Below are positions 19,832 to 30,881 of a DNA stretch of 64,000 bases, one piece after another. The position numbers and the translations under genes were made by a program. How positions within the stretch are numbered: the first letter of the stretch is position 1; each line of letters begins with the position of its first letter. The stretch is taken from the NCBI GenBank assembly GCA_035529795.1, contig DATKVZ010000034.1, positions 92,547 through 156,546 on the forward strand, given 5' to 3'. The notes under the pieces are model-generated. The model saw only the letters and a program-made list of their open reading frames with translations. It was not told where the DNA came from and made no database searches. This DNA is from Gallionella sp. (GTDB lineage Bacteria > Pseudomonadota > Gammaproteobacteria > Burkholderiales > Gallionellaceae).

Positions 19832-20362
19832 ATGAAAAAAATTGGCTTGCTGGCAAGCGCCCTGCTGTTCAGTGTTAACGCACTGGCTGTAGACGGCGCA
19901 TCCGTAGAATACGGCAATGGTGATGCGACTGATATGGCGCGTGTCGGGATGTCATGGAGCTGGGATAGGCAATGGTTCGCCGATGGCGATTGGCTGGTAA
20001 CCGGCTACTGGGAAGCATCCTTGGGCAGTTGGCGCGGGAAGAGCACTGCTGGCAATAACCAGACTGTCACGGATATCGGCATTACACCGGTATTCCGCCT
20101 GCAACAGAAAAACCCGGGTAAATTTGCGCCGTATGCGGAGGCCGCAATCGGCTTTCACCTGATAACGCCCACCTTCATTTACACAAACCGGCATTTTGGA
20201 AGTGCTTTCCAGTTCGGCGACCATCTCGGCGCTGGCGCGCGTTTCGGTGACCGTCGCCAGTTTGACCTGGGCTATCGCTTTCAGCATCTTTCCAATGGCG
20301 GCATCAAAAAACCGAACCAGGGCATCAACTTCAACCAGATCCGTTTCGCCTACCATTTCTAG
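19832..20362 (+). CDS. pagL: Lipid A 3-O-deacylase PagL family (acyloxyacyl hydrolase)
   Basis: Signal peptide; FQFGDH.G, RFQHLSNGG.KKPN.G catalytic motif; terminal F. Confidence 0.85.
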   Translation: MKKIGLLASALLFSVNALAVDGASVEYGNGDATDMARVGMSWSWDRQWFADGDWLVTGYWEASLGSWRGKSTAGNNQTVTDIGITPVFRLQQKNPGKFAPYAEAAIGFHLITPTFIYTNRHFGSAFQFGDHLGAGARFGDRRQFDLGYRFQHLSNGGIKKPNQGINFNQIRFAYHF

Positions 20363-20373
20363 GGTGATGTAAC

Positions 20374-22020
20374 TTGTCAGCCACCACCGTACTCGCACGC
20401 AAATGGCGACCTAAAACTTTCGCGCAACTGGCGGGGCAGGAGCATGTTGTGCGTGCTTTGAGCAATGCACTGACGCAGAACCGGCTGCATCACGCTTATC
20501 TGTTTACCGGTACACGCGGCGTGGGCAAGACCACCATTGCCCGGATTTTTGCCAAATCACTGAATTGTGTGACGGGTATCACCGCCACTCCCTGTGGGGA
20601 ATGCAGCGCCTGCAGGGAAATTGATAGCGGCCGCTTTGTCGATTTAATCGAGCTGGACGCCGCATCCAATACCCAAGTGGACAACATGCGCGAGCTGCTG
20701 GAGGGTGCACTGTACGCACCGACCAGCGCACGTTTCAAGGTGTATATCATCGACGAGGTGCACATGCTGTCCAAGTCGGCCTTCAACGCGATGCTGAAGA
20801 CGCTGGAAGAGCCACCGGAGCATGTGAAGTTCATCCTCGCCACCACCGATCCGCAAAAAATTCCGGTCACAGTACTGTCGCGTTGCCTGCAATTCAATCT
20901 GAAACAATTGCCGCCCACCCTGATCGCGGGGCACCTGCAGCAGGTGCTGGAGCAGGAACAGATTCCCTTCGAACCCGCAGCAATCAACCTGATTGCACGG
21001 GTTGCACAGGGCAGTATGCGCGATGCGCTGAGCTTGCTGGATCAGGCGATTGCTTTTTCTGCCGGCGAGGTGGCAGAAGCAGTGGTGCGCACCATGCTCG
21101 GGGTGATAGATCAGGATTATCTGTTCGATTTGCTGGCTGCGTTGCACGTTCAGGATGGCACCGCATTGCTTGATATTGCCGATAACATGGCAGCACGCAG
21201 CATAGCGTTTGACGCGGCTTTGCAGGAATTGGCAACATTGCTGCATCGCATCGCGCTGGTGCAAACCGTGCCGCAAGCCATTGCCGAAGATGAGCCGGAT
21301 CTGGTGCGTTTGCAGGGATTAGCGCAAGCGTTTACGCCAGAAGAGGTGCAATTGTTTTACCAGATCGCCATTCACGGACGCGATGAGATCAATTTGGCTC
21401 CCGATGAATACGCCGGCTTTACCATGACATTGCTACGCATGTTGGCGTTTGTGCCGATCAGAGACATGCCGCAGACGATATTGGCCGTGCCAACCGCGAC
21501 ACAGTCTGGCGCGCAGCCTGTTGCTGCGAAAGCAGGCAAGGCTGCGACAGACAAAAAACCTGTGGCGGTCCCGACAGCGCCCGCTCCCGTTAGCCACATT
21601 CCGGCTGACGGCGCTGCAAATAGCGAGGCTGCATTGACTGGCCAGCCGGACTGGGGAATATTGCTGACGCAGTTGAATGTGCAGGGTATGGCGCAACAGT
21701 TGGCGAAGAATTGTGTGTTGCAAAGTTTCTCGGACGGGCGAATCACGCTGTGTTTGTCGCAGCAGCACAAACACCTGCAAGCCAACCAGACGACAACCGG
21801 AAAACTGCAGGCAGCACTAAGCGATTATTTTGCCAAACCGGTGCAGCTGAGCATCGTGCTGGGAGAGACACAGTCAGCCACGCCAGCCGTGGTCGAGCAG
21901 CAGGCCAGGCACCTTAAACAACAGCAGGCAAGTGATTCAATCACACAGGACAGCTTTGTGCGTGAGGCACAATCAGAGTTGGGCGCGAGCCTGATAGCGG
22001 AGTCGATTAAACCAATATAG
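20374..22020 (+). CDS. dnaX: DNA polymerase III gamma/tau
   Basis: VLARKWRP, GTRGVGKT, IDEVHML, SRC; TTG start. Confidence 0.96.
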   Translation: MSATTVLARKWRPKTFAQLAGQEHVVRALSNALTQNRLHHAYLFTGTRGVGKTTIARIFAKSLNCVTGITATPCGECSACREIDSGRFVDLIELDAASNTQVDNMRELLEGALYAPTSARFKVYIIDEVHMLSKSAFNAMLKTLEEPPEHVKFILATTDPQKIPVTVLSRCLQFNLKQLPPTLIAGHLQQVLEQEQIPFEPAAINLIARVAQGSMRDALSLLDQAIAFSAGEVAEAVVRTMLGVIDQDYLFDLLAALHVQDGTALLDIADNMAARSIAFDAALQELATLLHRIALVQTVPQAIAEDEPDLVRLQGLAQAFTPEEVQLFYQIAIHGRDEINLAPDEYAGFTMTLLRMLAFVPIRDMPQTILAVPTATQSGAQPVAAKAGKAATDKKPVAVPTAPAPVSHIPADGAANSEAALTGQPDWGILLTQLNVQGMAQQLAKNCVLQSFSDGRITLCLSQQHKHLQANQTTTGKLQAALSDYFAKPVQLSIVLGETQSATPAVVEQQARHLKQQQASDSITQDSFVREAQSELGASLIAESIKPI

Positions 22021-22041
22021 CAAGTTGAGGAGAACATAAAA

Positions 22042-22368
22042 GTGATGAAGGGTGGATTGGGTGGTTTGATGAAGCAGGCGCAGCAAATGCAGCAGAACAT
22101 GCAGAAGGCGCAGGCTGAGCTGGCAAACGTGGAAGTCGAAGGTCTATCGGGTTCCGGTATGGTCAAGGTGGTCGTTACTTGCGCGCATGAAGTGCGTCGC
22201 GTGTCACTGGACGATAGCGTGTTATCCGACGACAAGGAAATGCTTGAAGACCTGATCGTGCTGGCACTGAATGATGCGATGAAAAAGGCGGAAACTGTTT
22301 CGCAGCAGCACATGAGCGGCTTCACCACCGGTATGGGTTTGCCACCGGGGATGAAATTACCGTTCTGA
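22042..22368 (+). CDS. ybaB: YbaB/EbfC nucleoid-associated protein
   Basis: MKQAQQMQ...G.V.V...; located between dnaX and recR. Confidence 0.93.
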   Translation: MMKGGLGGLMKQAQQMQQNMQKAQAELANVEVEGLSGSGMVKVVVTCAHEVRRVSLDDSVLSDDKEMLEDLIVLALNDAMKKAETVSQQHMSGFTTGMGLPPGMKLPF

Positions 22369-22961
22369 TGCCCTCCCATCTGGATGAATTGATCGCGGCG
22401 TTGCGCTGCCTGCCGGGGGTCGGACCGAAATCCGCACAGCGCATGGCATACCACTTATTGCAGCGTGATCGTCCCGGGGCGCTGCATCTGGCACAATCGT
22501 TGGAACTGGCGGCCAGTAATATCCGGCACTGCAGCAAGTGCAATAATTTTTCCGAACAGGAAGTGTGCACACTGTGCGCATCATCCAAACGCGACGCAAG
22601 CCTGCTGTGCGTGATCGAAATGCCCGCAGACTTGCTGATGATGGAGCAAACACAATGTTATCGTGGCATGTATTTTGTATTGATGGGCAGGCTGTCGCCG
22701 CTGGATGGCATTGGCGCAAAAGAGCTGCATTTTGATCGTTTGGTCAAGCGCGTACAGGAACATCCCTGCGAAGTGATTCTGGCGACCAATTTCACCGTGG
22801 AAGGCGATGCCACGGCGCATTATCTGGCAACTTTGCTGCAATCGCAGAGTGTCAAAGTATCCCGCATCGCACGCGGCTTGCCGGTTGGCGGAGAATTAGA
22901 GCAGGTGGACAGCGGGACACTGGCACAGGCCGTACTGGAGCGGCGTGAAATATCGATATGA
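22368..22961 (+). CDS. recR: Recombination protein RecR
   Basis: [10 protein letters not shown]4 zinc finger, ATN.TVEG.AT. Confidence 0.96.
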   Translation: MPSHLDELIAALRCLPGVGPKSAQRMAYHLLQRDRPGALHLAQSLELAASNIRHCSKCNNFSEQEVCTLCASSKRDASLLCVIEMPADLLMMEQTQCYRGMYFVLMGRLSPLDGIGAKELHFDRLVKRVQEHPCEVILATNFTVEGDATAHYLATLLQSQSVKVSRIARGLPVGGELEQVDSGTLAQAVLERREISI

Positions 22962-23860
22962 ATGAGCAGGGCGAAAAACTGCAAAAGGTGCTGGCGCAAG
23001 CCGGATTCGGTTCGCGCCGCACCATGGAGGAATGGATCGCCGCCGGACGTGTCAGCGTAAACGGCGAACCGGCCATTCTGGGGATGCGCGTGGTGGAGGG
23101 CGACTTGGTGAAGGCCGAACGGCGCACCATCCGCGTCGGCGAAAGGGAGCACGCCATACGTGTGCTGCTGTATCACAAACCGGAAGGTGAAATTGTCAGC
23201 CGCGATGATCCGGAAAAACGCGCCAGCGTATTCGATAAATTACCCAAATTACGCGGGCAGAAATGGATTGCCGTCGGGCGGCTGGATTTCAATACCAGCG
23301 GTCTGCTGATTTTTACCACCTCCGGCGAACTGGCGAACTGTCTGATGCACCCGCGTTTTGAGGTCGAACGCGAATATGCGGTGCGCGTGCAGGGCACCAT
23401 GACGGAGGCGCAGGTCAATCAGGCGCTCAAACAGGGTGTTGAGCTGGAGGATGGCCCGGTGAAGTTTGAAAAACTCGAAGACCAGGGTGGCGAAGGGTTC
23501 AATCACTGGTACCGGGTGATGCTCAAGGAGGGACGCAATCGCGTGGTGCGCCGCACCTTTGATGCGTTGGGGCTGCCGGTCAGCCGGCTAATGCGCGTGC
23601 GCTTCGGCATCATCAATCTACCGCCGCGTCTGAAGCGCGGGATGACTGCCGAATTGGGGGAGAAAGAAGTTACACAGGTGCTTGACTGGGCGGGCATTAC
23701 CGCTGATAGCGATACATCTCAGCAGAGTTCGCCGACTTCACGCCAAATCGACCCGGTGCAACCGGGAAAAATCACACAGAGCCGTGCCGCTGTGACGCAA
23801 ACTGTACAGCGTACCGGCCGAACCCACAGCAGGAAAAGTAAAACTGGTGTAAAACGTTGA
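22958..23860 (+). CDS. rluB: 23S rRNA pseudouridine synthase (RluB-like)
   Basis: S4 domain LQKVLA...SRR; [11 protein letters not shown]. Confidence 0.85.
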   Translation: MNEQGEKLQKVLAQAGFGSRRTMEEWIAAGRVSVNGEPAILGMRVVEGDLVKAERRTIRVGEREHAIRVLLYHKPEGEIVSRDDPEKRASVFDKLPKLRGQKWIAVGRLDFNTSGLLIFTTSGELANCLMHPRFEVEREYAVRVQGTMTEAQVNQALKQGVELEDGPVKFEKLEDQGGEGFNHWYRVMLKEGRNRVVRRTFDALGLPVSRLMRVRFGIINLPPRLKRGMTAELGEKEVTQVLDWAGITADSDTSQQSSPTSRQIDPVQPGKITQSRAAVTQTVQRTGRTHSRKSKTGVKR

Positions 23861-23947
23861 CTATCATTAGAATTCACAACATTGCATCCGGTCAATCATT
23901 CAGGCCGGAGTTACTGAAAAACAGCAGGCAAGGTACCGGATATTTGA

Positions 23948-25306
23948 ATGGAAGAGCGCGATAACAGAACTATCATGTGCAGTGTGCTGTTCCTGGATAT
24001 TGTGGAATATTCCAGGAAGCCGGTGTCTGGACAAATTTCACTGAAAGACAGATTTAACAGCTATCTTTCCGCTGCTATTCACGATGTACCGGTAGCCGAT
24101 CGCATCATTCTGGATACCGGTGACGGGGCAGCCATCAACTTTCTCGGCGATGTGGAAGATGCGCTAAAAACTGCACTCAGCCTGCGCGACAGCATCCTCA
24201 ACGAAGATCCCGGCACGAATCCGCCCCTGCTGATACGTGCGGGTATTAACCTCGGGCCGGTGCGACTGGTCAGGGATATCAACGGGCAACCCAATATCGT
24301 GGGTGACGGCATCAATGTCGCGCAGCGCGTCATGGGGTTTGCGGATGTTGACCAAATACTCGTGTCGCGCTCTTACCACGATGCAGTTTCGCGCCTTTCT
24401 CTCCAGTATGCCGGAATGTTCAACTATCAGGGGTCGCGCACCGACAAGCACGTGCGCGAGCATGAGGTGTATGCCGTTGGACACCTCGGCGACAAGACGG
24501 CGGAACTGATTGCCACGAGTATGCTGGCAGCGCAAAAACCCGGCATGTCAGTGCATTTTCTGGCATTCGTCCGTGAGAGTTGGAGCGCAGTGAACTCGTG
24601 GTCGGATAATACAATCAAAAATTTAAAATCACGCTTTAAACAAGCTGATTCCCGGCAACGTGCCATCTATGCCGGCGCGATTGCCGTGCCGGTGGTGCTG
24701 CTTGGTGTGCTGGCATTAATACTGGGCGGTCATAAGGAAACACCCGCCCCTCCGGATGCCGAATTGACAACAACAGCGACTGGTATCGAGCCGGCTCCTG
24801 CGGTGGTTGTGGAGATTTCCGGCGCGCCCGCTGCAGAAAACAAGACCGAAGAAACAAGTCCGGTGCAGCCCGGCGCTGCCTCCAAACCGGATACAAAAAA
24901 AATGACCGGAGGCAAGCCGGTACCGAAAAAAACTTTCGACAGCACGGCCGACAGCAAAAAAGCCAGCGAACTACCCAAAAGCGAACCACCCAAACAAACA
25001 GATACGCAGCCCAAGAGTGCGACAACCGAATCAGCCGACAAGAAAAGCTGGCTTGAAGACATTATCAGCGGCAAGGCCGAACCGCAAGGCGCACCGGCTC
25101 ATATTATCGTTCGATGCGACCCCGGAACTCAGGTGTTTGTAGATGGGACACAAAAGGGCAAGTTAACGTCGAAGTTGCTTAAGATAGACGTTCCTCCGGG
25201 CAAGCACACTGTGATTATAACCAGCATCAGTGGCGAGGTTTACTCGCAAAAAATTGAGTTATCCGCAGGCAGAACGGCAAATATCAGCCCGAATTTTTGT
25301 GATTAG
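23948..25306 (+). CDS. Class III nucleotidyl cyclase domain + TM + PEGA-like C-terminus
   Basis: LDIVEYS, TGDG, GDGINVAQR; TM near aa 240-260; PGTQVFVDG...PPGKHTV. Confidence 0.8.
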   Translation: MEERDNRTIMCSVLFLDIVEYSRKPVSGQISLKDRFNSYLSAAIHDVPVADRIILDTGDGAAINFLGDVEDALKTALSLRDSILNEDPGTNPPLLIRAGINLGPVRLVRDINGQPNIVGDGINVAQRVMGFADVDQILVSRSYHDAVSRLSLQYAGMFNYQGSRTDKHVREHEVYAVGHLGDKTAELIATSMLAAQKPGMSVHFLAFVRESWSAVNSWSDNTIKNLKSRFKQADSRQRAIYAGAIAVPVVLLGVLALILGGHKETPAPPDAELTTTATGIEPAPAVVVEISGAPAAENKTEETSPVQPGAASKPDTKKMTGGKPVPKKTFDSTADSKKASELPKSEPPKQTDTQPKSATTESADKKSWLEDIISGKAEPQGAPAHIIVRCDPGTQVFVDGTQKGKLTSKLLKIDVPPGKHTVIITSISGEVYSQKIELSAGRTANISPNFCD

Positions 25307-25374
25307 CGGATATTTCTGATTACCGGGTTTATGCAAATGAACAGCGCAATTAAAAACTCATACGGGCGAACATC

Positions 25375-26619
25375 ATGATTAGCCAGCTAGGGCGCTATGA
25401 GGTGCTGGGCGAGCTTGGCCAAGGGGCGATGGGCATCGTCTACAAGGCCAAGGATCCGCTGATTGATCGCGTGGTTGCGATAAAAACAATTAATCTTGGC
25501 CTCGCGCTGGATGAAAAAGAAGAATACGAGGGCCGGTTTTACCAGGAGGCCAAGGCGGCCGGTCGGCTCAACCATCCGAATATCGTGACGGTTTACGATG
25601 TGGGCAAAAGCGGCGATGTAGCCTACATTGCCATGGAATTCCTGCAGGGGCGCGAGCTGCGCGACATCATGAACGATGAGGGGTCGCTGCCCGTCGAGCA
25701 GGTGCTGGATATCGTTGCCCAGGTGGCGCAGGGGTTGGCTTATGCGCACGAACACGAAATTGTACATCGTGATGTCAAGCCGTCCAACATCATGGTGGTG
25801 CGTGACGGTCATGTAAAAATTACCGATTTCGGTATTGCGCGCATGGCCTCCTCGGCGGTACGCACCCAGACCGGCATGGTGCTTGGTTCGCCAAAATACA
25901 TGTCGCCAGAGCAGGTGATGGGCAAGGAGATCGACCAGCGTTCGGATATTTTCTCACTGGGCGTAATGCTTTATGAGATGCTGACCGGGCAGGCACCCTT
26001 TAATGGCGAGAACGTCAATGCCATCATGTATCAGACCCTGAATGCGGTTCCGGCGCCACCCAATACATTGAACCCTGCTGTACCGGAGATGGCCAATTTT
26101 ATCGTAGCCAAGGCATTGGCCAAAAAACTGGAGGATCGCTACCAGAGCGCCAAGGATTTTGCCGTTGACCTGCGCGCTTGCCGCGATACCTTGCCGCGCA
26201 GCGGCAAACCGATAGATGTCTCCGCGCCTGCCGGCGGAGAAAGAAAATTGCCGGATGCCATTGCCAGCACCGGTAGTAAGGAGGCGAGCGATGAGGAGGC
26301 GAAGCCGTCGTCAACGGCAGGCTTGTCAAAGGCTTTCGATTCCAACGCTGCGACTATGCGCCTGGCTGCCTTGACCGCCACCAGCGAAGATGTTGATGAG
26401 CTGACCAGAACGCTCAAGATCCAACGTCCCAGCGCAGAGGCGCTCAAGCGAGCGGCACCTGCTGCAAAAAATGTCCGCCCGGCATCCTCTGCCGTCCCTC
26501 GCGCTGCCGTGCGCCAAAACCCGGCAAAACCGGCAGCTCAACCCGATAGCGGCAAGTTGATTCTGATGATCATTGTGGTACTGCTGTTATTGGGTATTAT
26601 CGCTTTCCTTGCCACCTGA
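25375..26619 (+). CDS. Hanks-type Ser/Thr protein kinase with C-terminal TM anchor
   Basis: LGQGAMG, VAIK, HRDVKPSN, DFG, YMSPE. Confidence 0.95.
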   Translation: MISQLGRYEVLGELGQGAMGIVYKAKDPLIDRVVAIKTINLGLALDEKEEYEGRFYQEAKAAGRLNHPNIVTVYDVGKSGDVAYIAMEFLQGRELRDIMNDEGSLPVEQVLDIVAQVAQGLAYAHEHEIVHRDVKPSNIMVVRDGHVKITDFGIARMASSAVRTQTGMVLGSPKYMSPEQVMGKEIDQRSDIFSLGVMLYEMLTGQAPFNGENVNAIMYQTLNAVPAPPNTLNPAVPEMANFIVAKALAKKLEDRYQSAKDFAVDLRACRDTLPRSGKPIDVSAPAGGERKLPDAIASTGSKEASDEEAKPSSTAGLSKAFDSNAATMRLAALTATSEDVDELTRTLKIQRPSAEALKRAAPAAKNVRPASSAVPRAAVRQNPAKPAAQPDSGKLILMIIVVLLLLGIIAFLAT

Positions 26620-26626
26620 CTTTTTG

Positions 26627-27046
26627 ATGCCTCCAGGGAATATGGCAATCAGGCCTTCGGCGCGCTTTGCCGTAGTTCTGCTGCTGTCACATGCGATAGC
26701 CGCATCCGTGGTGTACATGACCGCGATGCCATGGGCAGCCAGGCTGGTGGTATCTTTGCTGATTTTGCTGAGCTTGTCCTATTACCTGGCGCGTGACATT
26801 TTCCTCGTTTTTCCTTATTCATGGCACGAGATTTTGCTCGATCAGGGTGGCGTGTCCGTCATTGTGCAAAATGGTTCAAAGCTGACCGGGTGGGTTGCAG
26901 GCAAGACCATCGTCAGTCCGTATTTTGTCCTGTTGTGCATCAGACCAGAAGGACGCTACCGGCCGGTTTCCCGTGTCATATTTCCCGATGCGATGGACGG
27001 AAATGCCTTTCGCGAGTTACGTGTCGGCCTGAAATTTGCCGTGTGA
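26627..27046 (+). CDS. YgfX/CptA-like inner-membrane protein
   Basis: IRPS...two TM helices...IFPDAMD...FRELRV.L pattern. Confidence 0.65.
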   Translation: MPPGNMAIRPSARFAVVLLLSHAIAASVVYMTAMPWAARLVVSLLILLSLSYYLARDIFLVFPYSWHEILLDQGGVSVIVQNGSKLTGWVAGKTIVSPYFVLLCIRPEGRYRPVSRVIFPDAMDGNAFRELRVGLKFAV

Positions 27047-27107
27047 GGGCACACAGACTACCGCATGTAGCGGCTATACCTTTAGCCGTAACCTTGCTGG
27101 TGAGTAG

Positions 27108-27869
27108 CTAGCCAAATTCCTTGACTATGTGTTGTTGCCTGCGGCTGATTGGTTGCGCTTCATCCAGGCTCTTTAGCCTGACTATCCAACCGCTGCCCTC
27201 CCCTTCTTCGCCACCCTTCTCGAAGCCTTCGATTGCCTCTTTTGCCACCAGGCAGTTGCGATGAATGCGCACGAAGCGTGCAGAAAATTCCTTTTCCATC
27301 GCGGTGAGCGATTCTTCAAGCAGATATTCGTGTTCGGCGGTACGCACCGTGACATATTTCAGCTCGGCACGCAGAAACAGCACCTGCTCGATGGGAACAA
27401 GCTGAATTTTGCCGCGCTCGTGAATGGACAGATGCCTGCGTGGCTCCGGCAGCAAGTCGCGCAACACTTCGGTTTGCACCGGCACGGCTTCACGCGCGCG
27501 TGTAAGGGCTTCGAATAATCGTTTCAGGCGGATCGGCTTAAGCAGGTAGTCGATGGCGTGCAGCTCGAACGCCTTGATCGCGTAGGCATCGTAGGCGGTA
27601 GTGAAAATAATTACCGGCGGTTTGGGCAGTTTATTGAGGTGCTGTGCAAGTTCGATGCCATCCATCTGTGGCATGCGGATATCCAGCAACACCACGTCGG
27701 CGGGCGTTTCCATGAGCTTGTCCAGCGCCTCCTGGCCGTTACCCGCTTCGCCCACGATGTCCAACGCCAATTGCTCGCTGCAATCGTGCAGCAGATCACG
27801 CAAGCGATTACGCGCAGGCAATTCGTCATCCACGATAAAAACACGCAATGCCAGTTCGACCAGATTCAT
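27108..27869 (-). CDS. algR: LytTR response regulator (AlgR-like)
   Basis: REC domain (VDDE, LDIRMP) + LytTR (RIHRNCLV); downstream of an AlgZ/FimS-like kinase beside argH. Confidence 0.8.
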   Translation of the reverse strand: MNLVELALRVFIVDDELPARNRLRDLLHDCSEQLALDIVGEAGNGQEALDKLMETPADVVLLDIRMPQMDGIELAQHLNKLPKPPVIIFTTAYDAYAIKAFELHAIDYLLKPIRLKRLFEALTRAREAVPVQTEVLRDLLPEPRRHLSIHERGKIQLVPIEQVLFLRAELKYVTVRTAEHEYLLEESLTAMEKEFSARFVRIHRNCLVAKEAIEGFEKGGEEGEGSGWIVRLKSLDEAQPISRRQQHIVKEFG

Positions 27870-28909
27870 ACCGTCTCTCCCTTTATATATGGCAACGTGA
27901 TTTCCACGCGGTAGAAATCCATGCCGCTTTCAACCTGATAGCGCGCCTCGACATCAAATAACAGCGCCAGCCGTTCGCGAATGTTCTGTAGTGCCATTTT
28001 GTTGCCGGGATGCGATACGCTGCCGCTTGGCGCGCAGGGATTCTCCACCTTGAGCCGCAGTTCATCGCCGCTGCGGTGCAGCGTAACGGTAATGCTGCCA
28101 CCTTGTGGCAACGGCTCGATGCCGTGATACACGGCGTTTTCCAATAACGGCTGCAACAACAGCGGCGGAATTAACACAACATCCGGCATTTCCACCACTT
28201 GCCAGTTCACCCGCAACCGTTCGCCCATACGCAATTGCTCCAGTGCGATGTATTGCTTGCTCAACTCGATTTCCTGCCGCAGCGGCACAAGGTCTTGCGC
28301 TTCCACCATTGCCATGCGGAACAGGTCGGACATGTCTTCCAACGCAGTCTCGGCACGCTTTGGTTCGGTACGCACGATGCTGAGCACGGCGTTGATGGTA
28401 TTGAACAGGAAATGCGGCCGGATGCGTGCGCGCAACACCTGTAAACGCGCCTCGTGCAAAGCGCGCGACAGCACCCGGTTGCGCCAGCGGAAATATACCA
28501 GCAGGACGCCGCATACCAGCACACTGAGCAGCATATACCTCACCACGTCAAAATAGGTTCCACCACCGCCCGGCGGACGATACAGCTCGCCGCCGAAATG
28601 ATAGATGGCCAATGTCAACATCACCGCCAACACATTCACTATCAACACGCCACGCCAATAGGCAATTCGGCCCAACCACGGCTGCATTGCCCACAGCAAC
28701 AGCAAACCGGACAACAGAATGGGTGAGAGCAACGTGGCAATTTGCATCATGCGTAGCGGCACATCCGCCCATACATTCGCCAGCAAGAATGCCTGCAACA
28801 ACGCAAGACCGTTGCATATCAGCAGGATGCGCAACATCACGCCGAGGTTGCGGAAGTTTGGCAACGCGTCAGGCGAGGTATTTTGTTTTATACTGCGCGC
28901 CTTATTCAT
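27866..28909 (-). CDS. algZ: LytS-type sensor kinase (AlgZ/FimS-like)
   Basis: RIRPHFLFNTIN, LQPLLENAVYHG. Confidence 0.8.
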   Translation of the reverse strand: MNKARSIKQNTSPDALPNFRNLGVMLRILLICNGLALLQAFLLANVWADVPLRMMQIATLLSPILLSGLLLLWAMQPWLGRIAYWRGVLIVNVLAVMLTLAIYHFGGELYRPPGGGGTYFDVVRYMLLSVLVCGVLLVYFRWRNRVLSRALHEARLQVLRARIRPHFLFNTINAVLSIVRTEPKRAETALEDMSDLFRMAMVEAQDLVPLRQEIELSKQYIALEQLRMGERLRVNWQVVEMPDVVLIPPLLLQPLLENAVYHGIEPLPQGGSITVTLHRSGDELRLKVENPCAPSGSVSHPGNKMALQNIRERLALLFDVEARYQVESGMDFYRVEITLPYIKGETV

Positions 28910-28963
28910 GGCGGGTAATCCTACCGTTTTTCATGCTTCATTCTGGGACAAGTGGGGGCAGCG

Positions 28964-30346
28964 ATGCAAGATAAAGATACCTGGTCGGGGCGGTTTACGG
29001 AACCGGTGGCGGAACTGGTGAAACGCTATACCGCATCGGTGGGCTTTGACCACAAGCTGGCCATGTTCGATATTCAGGGCTCGCAGGCACACGCGCAGAT
29101 GCTGGCGGCATGCAACATCATCACCGCACAGGATCTGGGCGACATCCAGCGCGGCCTCGCACAAATCGAAAATGAAATCATCGGCGGTGATTTCGTCTGG
29201 TTGACCGACTTGGAAGACGTGCATCTCAACATCGAGAAGCGCCTTACCACGCTGGTCGGCGATGCCGGCAAACGCCTGCACACCGGGCGCTCGCGCAACG
29301 ACCAGGTGGCAACCGATATACGCCTGTACCTTCGTAGTGCGACCGATGACCTGCTGCACCTGATCGGGAATTTGCAAACCGCATTGCTGGATCTGGCACA
29401 ACATCATACCCACACCATCATGCCCGGTTTCACCCACTTGCAGGTGGCGCAGCCGGTCAGCTTCGCACATCACCTGATGGCGTATTTTGAAATGCTTAAG
29501 CGCGATGCGGAACGGCTGCACGATTGCCGCAAGCGCGTAAACCGCCTGCCGCTTGGTGCGGCTGCTTTGGCCGGTACCAGTTACCCCATCAGGCGCGAAA
29601 TGGTGGCGGAATTGCTGGGTTTTGATGGCGTGTGCGAGAACTCGCTGGATGCAGTTTCGGATCGCGATTTCGCCATCGAATTCACCGCCTGCGCCGCGCT
29701 GATCATGACGCACCTGTCGCGCTTTTCTGAAGAATTGATTCTGTGGATGAGTCCGCGCTTTGGCTTCATCGACATCGCCGACCGCTTCTGCACCGGCTCA
29801 AGCATCATGCCGCAAAAAAAGAACCCCGATGTCCCAGAGCTGGTGCGCGGCAAGACCGGGCGGGTGAATGGCCATCTGGTCGCGCTGCTCACACTGATGA
29901 AAGGCCAACCACTGGCCTACAACAAGGACAATCAGGAAGACAAAGAACCGCTGTTCGACACAGTGGAGACCCTGACGCAAACACTGCGTATTTACGCCGA
30001 CATGATCGGTGGCATCAAAGTCAAACCGGAAGCCATGCGTAGCGCGGTATTACAGGGTTATGCCACAGCAACCGACCTGGCCGATTATCTGGTGAAAAAA
30101 GGCCTGCCTTTCCGTGATGCGCACGAGGCGGTGGCGCTGGCGGTGCGCTTCGCCGAACAGCACGGCTGCGATTTGAGCGATATCAGCCTCGCCGAATTGC
30201 AGCAATTCTCCGACCTGATTAGCGAGGATGTATATCAGGCACTGTCGCTGGAAGGATCACTCGCCAGCCGCAACCACATCGGTGGCACCGCACCAAAGCA
30301 AGTGAAAGCTGCCATCGCACGGGCACGCGCCAGTCTCGCTAAATAA
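28964..30346 (+). CDS. argH: Argininosuccinate lyase
   Basis: [21 protein letters not shown]. Confidence 0.97.
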   Translation: MQDKDTWSGRFTEPVAELVKRYTASVGFDHKLAMFDIQGSQAHAQMLAACNIITAQDLGDIQRGLAQIENEIIGGDFVWLTDLEDVHLNIEKRLTTLVGDAGKRLHTGRSRNDQVATDIRLYLRSATDDLLHLIGNLQTALLDLAQHHTHTIMPGFTHLQVAQPVSFAHHLMAYFEMLKRDAERLHDCRKRVNRLPLGAAALAGTSYPIRREMVAELLGFDGVCENSLDAVSDRDFAIEFTACAALIMTHLSRFSEELILWMSPRFGFIDIADRFCTGSSIMPQKKNPDVPELVRGKTGRVNGHLVALLTLMKGQPLAYNKDNQEDKEPLFDTVETLTQTLRIYADMIGGIKVKPEAMRSAVLQGYATATDLADYLVKKGLPFRDAHEAVALAVRFAEQHGCDLSDISLAELQQFSDLISEDVYQALSLEGSLASRNHIGGTAPKQVKAAIARARASLAK

Positions 30347-30351
30347 CACGC

Positions 30352-30436
30352 AAAAAAACGGGCGACCTAGAGATCGCCCGAATAGGAGGAGAGTATGAAA
30401 AGTAGAGTTGTTGCCAACCACTAACCCCAACACTCG
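30352..30436 (-). ncRNA. Candidate small RNA with anti-SD motif and intrinsic terminator
   Basis: Minus strand ...ACTCTCCTCCTATT-cgggcga-tctctagg-tcgcccg-TTTTTTT; TATAGT -10-like box at 30443-30448; 5' end inferred. Confidence 0.45.
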
Positions 30437-30560
30437 GTTCGGACTATATCCACACTCTCCATAAATTCATATATGCCGAAATACCTATATATTTCGGCCT
30501 AGCCTTTTCCGGTAATACGTTGGATTATCCCCTCCGGCAATATGGGTGAATCTATTTCGG

Positions 30561-30881
30561 CTAGTTAATGTCTTCCAGCAATTGTTTCAGCTCCCCGTTC
30601 TGGTACATCTCGGCCATGATGTCCGAGCCGCCAACAAATTCACCCTTGATGTAAAGCTGCGGAATGGTCGGCCAGTTAGCGTAGTCCTTGATCCCCTGGC
30701 GGATTTCCGCATCCTGCAGCACATCCACGGTAAACAATCCTTTTATGCCCAGGGTGTTCAGGATGTGCACTGCATTGGCGGAAAAACCACATTGCGGAAA
30801 CTGCGGGCTGCCTTTCATGTATAGCACAACCGGATGTGCAGTGACCTGCTCGTGAATGCGCTGCTGTGTGTCTGTGCTCAT
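30561..30881 (-). CDS. grxD: Monothiol glutaredoxin Grx4
   Basis: MKG.P.FPQCGFS, WPTIPQL, GGSD. Confidence 0.96.
   Translation of the reverse strand: MSTDTQQRIHEQVTAHPVVLYMKGSPQFPQCGFSANAVHILNTLGIKGLFTVDVLQDAEIRQGIKDYANWPTIPQLYIKGEFVGGSDIMAEMYQNGELKQLLEDIN

Noticed and set aside
21553-21558. dnaX programmed -1 frameshift site
   Set aside because: The run is AAAAAAC, not the A-AAA-AAG slippery heptamer, and I saw no clear stimulatory hairpin
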